From NCBI GenBank assembly GCA_051546255.1, contig CP128819.1, forward strand, positions 868,001 to 932,000: a stretch of DNA of 64,000 nt. Reading direction: 5' to 3'. The notes beneath the pieces were generated by a model. It was not told where the DNA came from. It ran no database searches and worked only from the letters and a program-made list of their open reading frames with translations. Source of the stretch: Meyerozyma guilliermondii (Eukaryota). Made by a program: the position numbers and the translations under genes. This document shows positions 58,383-64,000 of this stretch, one piece after another. Positions within the stretch are counted from its first letter, which is position 1; each line of letters starts with the position of its first letter.

Positions 58383-59543
58383 ATGGCTCCAAGCAAGATC
58401 TCTGCTGTAGCCCGCACAGCCAAGCATGCTTCCGCATCGTGGCAAGCTGCCAAGTCGGCTCCAGTTTCTAGAACACTTTCTAAAGCTGGCCAATATCAAG
58501 CATTGAGAATGGTCGGTGGTTCCAGAGCTGCCTCATCTGGGTCTGGACCTCAAACCATGACGGTTAGAGACGCGTTGAACTCGGCCATTGCCGAGGAGTT
58601 GGACCGTGACGACGGAGTGTTTTTGATGGGAGAAGAAGTTGCCCAATATAATGGTGCCTACAAAGTTTCACGTGGATTGTTGGACAGATTCGGAGAGAGA
58701 AGAGTGGTTGATACTCCAATTACCGAAATGGGATTCACTGGATTGGCAGTGGGTGCTGCGTTGGCAGGGTTGAAACCAATTTGTGAGTTTATGACTTTCA
58801 ACTTTGCCATGCAGTCGATCGATCATATCATCAACTCGGCCGCGAAGACCTACTATATGTCTGGAGGTATTCAACCTTGTAATATTACCTTCAGAGGTCC
58901 CAACGGTGCTGCTGCTGGTGTTGCTGCTCAGCACTCGCAAGATTACTCGGCATGGTATGGTTCCATTCCTGGTCTTAAGGTGATCTCTCCTTACTCTGCT
59001 GAAGACTACAAGGGATTGATGAAGGCTGCCATTAGAGACCCTAACCCAGTTGTGTTCTTGGAAAACGAAATTTTATACGGTGAATCGTTCGAGATGTCGG
59101 AAGAGGCATTGAGCCCCGATTTCGTGTTGCCCATCGGTAAGGCCAAGATCGAAAAGGAAGGTAGTGACCTCACCATGGTGTCGCACACCAGAAACGTTGC
59201 CCACTGTTTGGAGGCTGCCGAGATCTTGCAAAAGGAATACGGCGTCAACGCCGAGGTCATCAACTTGAGATCCATCAAGCCATTGGACGTCGAAGCCATC
59301 ATCAACTCGGTCAAGAAGACCAACCATTTAATCACCGTCGAGGCTGGCTTCCCTGGTTTCGGTGTTGGATCCGAGATCTGTGCTCAGATTATGGAATCCG
59401 AAGCTTTTGACTACTTGGACTCTCCTGTCGAAAGGGTTACTGGATGTGAAGTGCCAACTCCTTACGCTAAGGAATTGGAGGACTTTGCATTCCCTGATGT
59501 CGAGGTGGTGATGAGAGCCAGTAGAAAAGTATTGGGTTTATAG
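58383..59543 (+). CDS. PDB1: Pyruvate dehydrogenase E1 beta subunit
   Basis: [50 protein letters not shown] at 58383. Confidence 0.97.
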   Translation: MAPSKISAVARTAKHASASWQAAKSAPVSRTLSKAGQYQALRMVGGSRAASSGSGPQTMTVRDALNSAIAEELDRDDGVFLMGEEVAQYNGAYKVSRGLLDRFGERRVVDTPITEMGFTGLAVGAALAGLKPICEFMTFNFAMQSIDHIINSAAKTYYMSGGIQPCNITFRGPNGAAAGVAAQHSQDYSAWYGSIPGLKVISPYSAEDYKGLMKAAIRDPNPVVFLENEILYGESFEMSEEALSPDFVLPIGKAKIEKEGSDLTMVSHTRNVAHCLEAAEILQKEYGVNAEVINLRSIKPLDVEAIINSVKKTNHLITVEAGFPGFGVGSEICAQIMESEAFDYLDSPVERVTGCEVPTPYAKELEDFAFPDVEVVMRASRKVLGL

Positions 59544-59712
59544 ACTAAATGTACGCGTGAGAATGTCTTGTGCTGTCCATAGCTAAATTTGAGAAATTGT
59601 ATATTGGCAGAAGCGGTATTTGATATCATTGGCATAAGCGATAAGTCGAGTCGTACTTTTCGAGTCGACTTTTCGCACTTACCCCATATTTCCGCGAAAT
59701 TCATCTGTCCGT

Positions 59713-61374
59713 ATGTCGAACAGTATCCACAAACGCCATGGCGACCTGACCCCCACGCCTGTGCATGTTGCATTCGACGAGGAGAACGATGGCTTGCTAC
59801 CGGTATCTGTTCCAGAAACAAAATTCAGCCCGAAGCAAAATGCTAAATCGTCGAAAAAATTATTACCCATAGATCGTCCGGCTTTCTTGGTATTATGTAT
59901 ACTATATCTCCTACAAGGTGTGCCTGTGGGGCTTGCGTTTGGTTCCGTTCCCTTCATTCTCAAATCAAAAGTATCGTATAGTCAAGTGGGAATATTTTCC
60001 TTGGCAGCATATCCATATTCACTCAAGTTGTTGTGGTCGCCCATAGTGGACTCAATTTACTCATCCAAGGTAGGACGAAGGAGATCGTGGATTATACCGG
60101 TTCAGGCCGTTTCGGGAATCACTCTCATTTTCATGGGTGCTCGTATCGACAAATTGGTCGATGATCCAGTGAATAACTTGGTTACCATCACCACCTGCTT
60201 TTTCTTGCTTGTGCTCTTCTGTGCTACCCAAGATATCGCCGTTGACGGATGGGCTCTTACGGTTTTGTCGCCTGAATGCCTCTCTTTTGCATCGACCGCT
60301 CAAACAATCGGCATCAATTGTGGGTATTTTTCATCGTTCACGGTGTTCTTAGCCCTCAGCTCGCCAGACTTTGCAAATCGCTACTTGAGGTCAATTCCTG
60401 TAGACCGTGGTCTCTTCTCGTTGGGACTGTATCTCACGTTTTGGGGCTACGCTTATCTTGTGGTGACGGCATTGCTTTATTACGTACCTGAAGATCCTCC
60501 ACACTTGAAACAGATAAATCAAGCCAAGTTGATGAACGAAAAGGCAAAGCTGGACACCGTGTATAACCATAAATCTTCATGGTCCGGGGTGTTGAAGGTG
60601 TATCTGTCCATGTACCAGGTGCTCAAGTTACGAAACGTACAAGTGTACGTGGTTATTCTTCTCATCGCCAAATTTGGTTTTCAGGTAAATGAAGCCGCTA
60701 CCAACTTGAAACTTCTTGAGAAGGGCCTTTCCAAAGAAGATCTCTCTATCACAGTGCTCATTGATTTTCCCTTTGAAATGATATTTGGCTACTATGCTGG
60801 CAGATGGTCAACTGGTAAATCACCCTTGAAACCATGGCTACTAGGATTTGGTGGCAGATTACTTTCGGCAGCTGTGGCACAACTTATCATCTACTTTTTC
60901 CCCAAGGACGGAGTCACCAAAGGTTACTTTATCTTAATTATTTTGCAGCATTTGATGGCATCTTTCATGTCCACCATCCAATTCGTATCTCTCTGTGCAT
61001 TCAACACGAGAATTGCAGACCCGGCAATTGGTGGTACTTACTTGACTACATTGAACACGATATCCAACTACGGTGGTACGTGGCCCCGGTTGTTGATCTT
61101 TTATTTCATCGACAAATTGACCATAGCCAAATGTGAACCTCCAGCAAATTCTACTCCATCCACATTGGCTCAGTTTGGATTCGACGCCAATACCGAACCT
61201 TTGAAGGAAAAGTGCCGCCAGCTCGGCGGACAAGTCACCATCTTGCGTGATGGATATTTCTATACCAACTTTTTCTGTATAAGTTGTGGAGTCTTAATTC
61301 TTCTCTGGGTTAAAAGAAAGCTCACCTATCTTCAAAGTCTTCCTAACAGTGCATGGAGGGTAGACACTTCATAG
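59713..61374 (+). CDS. Acetyl-CoA transporter AT-1/SLC33A1 family MFS (YBR219C/220C-like)
   Basis: LYLLQGVPVGL, YPYSLKLLWSPIVD, GRRRSWI, ATQDIAVDGWAL, DPAIGGTY; adjacent to PDB1. Confidence 0.9.
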   Translation: MSNSIHKRHGDLTPTPVHVAFDEENDGLLPVSVPETKFSPKQNAKSSKKLLPIDRPAFLVLCILYLLQGVPVGLAFGSVPFILKSKVSYSQVGIFSLAAYPYSLKLLWSPIVDSIYSSKVGRRRSWIIPVQAVSGITLIFMGARIDKLVDDPVNNLVTITTCFFLLVLFCATQDIAVDGWALTVLSPECLSFASTAQTIGINCGYFSSFTVFLALSSPDFANRYLRSIPVDRGLFSLGLYLTFWGYAYLVVTALLYYVPEDPPHLKQINQAKLMNEKAKLDTVYNHKSSWSGVLKVYLSMYQVLKLRNVQVYVVILLIAKFGFQVNEAATNLKLLEKGLSKEDLSITVLIDFPFEMIFGYYAGRWSTGKSPLKPWLLGFGGRLLSAAVAQLIIYFFPKDGVTKGYFILIILQHLMASFMSTIQFVSLCAFNTRIADPAIGGTYLTTLNTISNYGGTWPRLLIFYFIDKLTIAKCEPPANSTPSTLAQFGFDANTEPLKEKCRQLGGQVTILRDGYFYTNFFCISCGVLILLWVKRKLTYLQSLPNSAWRVDTS

Positions 61375-61409
61375 ACAATCAAGAACTAGATGCGAGTTTG
61401 TAGTGGCTT

Positions 61410-62786
61410 CTATGTAGTTTGATCGACAGAGCTTCCACTAGGGGTCACCTCGAGAAAATCGATAGGCAGAAACGGCACTTTGGAGTCGTCGAGCATTTTC
61501 TTAGAGACTGACGAATAACTTTCCACTATGGAGGGGATTAACGATGTGGATAAGTCTTTGGCTATAGGACGGGGCACTGATGGTTTTACCGGAGACGTGG
61601 GATATGAAAAGGACCCCGAGCGACCAGAAAATGAGTTTCTTGAGAAGCTTCTGATGGTGTTGGTGAGAAAGTTGGTTTGCGAGTTGGTCGAGTGATTCTT
61701 TGACGATATCAGCACGTAATGTTGAGGAGGTTCCACGATGGCCGTGTAGCTTTTAGGGGAGCTGAGAAGGCGGGTATGTTCGTTTGGAAGAGGTGGACCA
61801 TGTTCAGCGGTGGATGGTGAAATCTGGTCTTCAAAATTGGAGGTGTACCAATCGGGCTTTTGGAAATGTAAAGGGTTTTCTGGTGTAGTTGAAGGAGCTT
61901 TATCACTGTAGTATACTTTTTGCATTATGATAATGGCATCGAAAATGACAGTTCCTAGACTTCCCACAACAAAAGGAAGCTGCGACCAGAACACTGTTTC
62001 CAAGTCATCATTGTAGTATTGCACGGAAATCAAGTACAAGTTGATTACAATGGAGGTTGTGTAGAGCAAGTTTCCTGTCATGGCGAGAAGAAAGAGAAAA
62101 ATCGACGTGCCCTTGGTTGACTTCAAGTTGTAGTTCTTGACGATTTGGGGAACCCGAGCCAGCAAGTAGAATCCAGAGCATGTCCAAGCCAGCAACTTTC
62201 CAAGATTTGCCCAATTAAAATGCAAACAAATAGCCAGCGATCCCGCAAGGGCCACTGGAGCAGCTTGGGCACCAGGAATGGTGATTATAGCAGACCCCAA
62301 GAGCCTCGAAGCTAGTGAATGGGTACCTCTCCGCTTACGTTTGGGACTTTTCGTCAGGTTGGTGAAGGGAGACTTCTTTTGGGAGGCCAAAAGCCGGTCT
62401 CTAGGGGATTTCCAGGCGTGGTTGGACGCTCGAATGGCGGATGGTGATTGCAATAGATTGTGAGGAATGCGATGATGAGGGAAGACCCTGGTATAATACC
62501 AGTACTGAATGCCCAAGATGAGGTCTATGAAGCAGTAATAGCATGCCAAAGACGTTTGGAACGGAAGTGCTCGTGTTAGAATGCATCCCACGAGATTGGT
62601 AGCATCGCCCATCATCCATGAAACTAGGAACAAGAACGATACTCCAGAAACCGACTGATTGATATGATTCTCCAATATTTGCGGAAGCTGTGCAAAGAGC
62701 CACACAGACACCGATAGTATGCCCAGGTATCGTGAAGCTTCGGCCAAAGCATGAAGATCCAAATTTACAAAAAACGATGAATGCAT
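61410..62786 (-). CDS. PQ-loop vacuolar basic amino-acid transporter (Ypq/Rtc2 family)
   Basis: Two PQ loops: WLFAQLPQI and ARVPQIVKNY. Confidence 0.85.
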   Translation of the reverse strand: MHSSFFVNLDLHALAEASRYLGILSVSVWLFAQLPQILENHINQSVSGVSFLFLVSWMMGDATNLVGCILTRALPFQTSLACYYCFIDLILGIQYWYYTRVFPHHRIPHNLLQSPSAIRASNHAWKSPRDRLLASQKKSPFTNLTKSPKRKRRGTHSLASRLLGSAIITIPGAQAAPVALAGSLAICLHFNWANLGKLLAWTCSGFYLLARVPQIVKNYNLKSTKGTSIFLFLLAMTGNLLYTTSIVINLYLISVQYYNDDLETVFWSQLPFVVGSLGTVIFDAIIIMQKVYYSDKAPSTTPENPLHFQKPDWYTSNFEDQISPSTAEHGPPLPNEHTRLLSSPKSYTAIVEPPQHYVLISSKNHSTNSQTNFLTNTIRSFSRNSFSGRSGSFSYPTSPVKPSVPRPIAKDLSTSLIPSIVESYSSVSKKMLDDSKVPFLPIDFLEVTPSGSSVDQTT

Positions 62787-63217
62787 GGTAGGTGTATGTC
62801 GAGCATTTGATGTGGTGATTTTGGGAGTAAGTGATGCTCAGAAATGTATGTGTAAGGGTTGGTGTAAGGTATGTGGAGTGTTAAATAAGTAGGGGGGCTT
62901 GCACCGAAACCTTAGATCAATAAGTGCGATCGCTTATCGGAAAGTTTTCTGCGCTGATTATGCGCCGAAAAATGAGAAAAGACAAAGGTATGCGGCTGAA
63001 GAACAAATTTTCAAAAAGAGGGGATATAGTAAAAAAAATTTTTTGGTTCAACTGTTTTATTACGGAATGATATTACCACAGAATCTTCGCAGTCAAACAT
63101 TTCTCTTGACTTTAAGCTTTTTGCATCCGCGTCCATGTGCCCAATTGGGCAGTCCGCGCATCGCATTTACTCATCCTGTCAACGGCCACTAGTGCAGGAG
63201 ATTATCGCATTTTCACC

Positions 63218-63439
63218 ATGATTGAGGTTCAGGCCAATGATCGTCTAGGCAAGAAAATCAAAGTCAAGTGCTTGCCCGAAGACACAGTAGGCGACCTCAA
63301 AAAGATATTGTCGCTTCAGCTTGGTACGGCTCCTGATAAGCTTGTATTAAAGAAAGGGTACCAGGTTTACAAAGACCACATCAGTCTCGAAGACTACGAG
63401 ATCCACGACGGTTTTAACTTTGAATTGTATTACGGGTAG
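63218..63439 (+). CDS. HUB1: Ubiquitin-like protein Hub1/UBL5
   Basis: [18 protein letters not shown]...[15 protein letters not shown], 73 aa. Confidence 0.96.
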   Translation: MIEVQANDRLGKKIKVKCLPEDTVGDLKKILSLQLGTAPDKLVLKKGYQVYKDHISLEDYEIHDGFNFELYYG

Positions 63440-63454
63440 TAGATGTACATAGTT

Positions 63455-64000
63455 CTATAAGAAATACTCGACAATTTGCGACGGCCGGCCGTAGAAGCCG
63501 GCAAACATGCCCGGGGCCTGCCCGTCATCTTGCATGCCATTAACACCTTTTCCAACAACGGTATCTTCGTCGTTTTCTGGCGATGCCTCGAATACGTTGA
63601 AGTACTGGCCAGCAAACACCCCTTGCTCGTTGACTTTGCCATCGCTGCTGGTGTCGGTGACCTCGAGAACACTGGCCTTGTTTCCGCACCGGTAGCAGTA
63701 GTTGGGTGCCAGCCACACTGTTAAGCATTTGCCGCCCCAGTAGCTCACATAGCCCTCGTTACATAACTGGTGTGCCCGCACGAGCTGGGATAATCCATTG
63801 TCGTGACAAAACTTGTTCATGACATCGGCGCCGAAAAGGTAGCCAGCACCTCTCGGCGATAACTTGAAGTCAAGAATCTCGGGATCGGGGTCTGACCACA
63901 CCAAATCCGCCATGATCCCATCATGAGGGATCTCCTTGAACCTATCGGTGGCCCTTATCTGATCTAGTCGCTGGCAGCTGGGCGACAAACCTCCGTGGGT
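63455..64000 (-). CDS. PPG1: PP2A-like Ser/Thr phosphatase Ppg1, C-terminal part (start beyond the window)
   Basis: HGGLSP, DLVWSDP, SPRGAG, RAHQLCNEGY, TVW[S]APNYCYRCGN, VEYFL; convergent with HUB1 as in S. cerevisiae. Confidence 0.9.
   Translation of the reverse strand, partial: THGGLSPSCQRLDQIRATDRFKEIPHDGIMADLVWSDPDPEILDFKLSPRGAGYLFGADVMNKFCHDNGLSQLVRAHQLCNEGYVSYWGGKCLTVWLAPNYCYRCGNKASVLEVTDTSSDGKVNEQGVFAGQYFNVFEASPENDEDTVVGKGVNGMQDDGQAPGMFAGFYGRPSQIVEYFL

Overview
A gene-dense 64 kb segment of a budding-yeast nuclear chromosome from the CUG-Ser (CTG) clade. CTG falls at invariant Ser positions in RPT6, a lipase nucleophile and PPG1, so the supplied ORF track mistranslates CTG as Leu. 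Compactness and composition suggest a Meyerozyma-like species (inference, not verified). There are about 40 mostly intronless conserved genes: GDH2 (partial), PRS5, APM4, CUE3, PHO86, an L-type lectin, CBP6, SHB17, URH1, a YEH-type sterol esterase, MCO6, MRS4, GOR1, APE3, JEM1, RPT6, TIF4631, a divergent MGS1-like ATPase, MFG1, IES2, PEX17, RRG9, VID27, MRX7, OST4, RGS2, MET4, a DPI8-like protein, PYC, DUO1, SOH1, SCS3, AXL2, an ACOT9-like thioesterase, PDB1, an AT-1 transporter, a PQ-loop transporter, HUB1 and PPG1 (partial). The nuclear RNase P RNA gene (RPR1) lies at ~14.65-14.96 kb. The most unusual parts are: (i) a ~4 kb lower-GC island (22.9-26.8 kb) with no conserved gene, holding a 197-codon signal-peptide/Cys/HDEL-bearing frame broken by one in-frame TGA plus other decayed frames; (ii) two cryptic, roughly inversely oriented degenerate repeat tracts flanking IES2, one with three perfect Gcn4/AP-1 sites and one with a 16-nt telomere-like tandem; (iii) an MGS1-like gene with an eroded C-terminus whose stop overlaps (ATGA) the start of an orphan 148-aa ORF. 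No CRISPR array, tRNA, rRNA or intact transposon was seen. Gene identities come from recalled motifs, not database searches.
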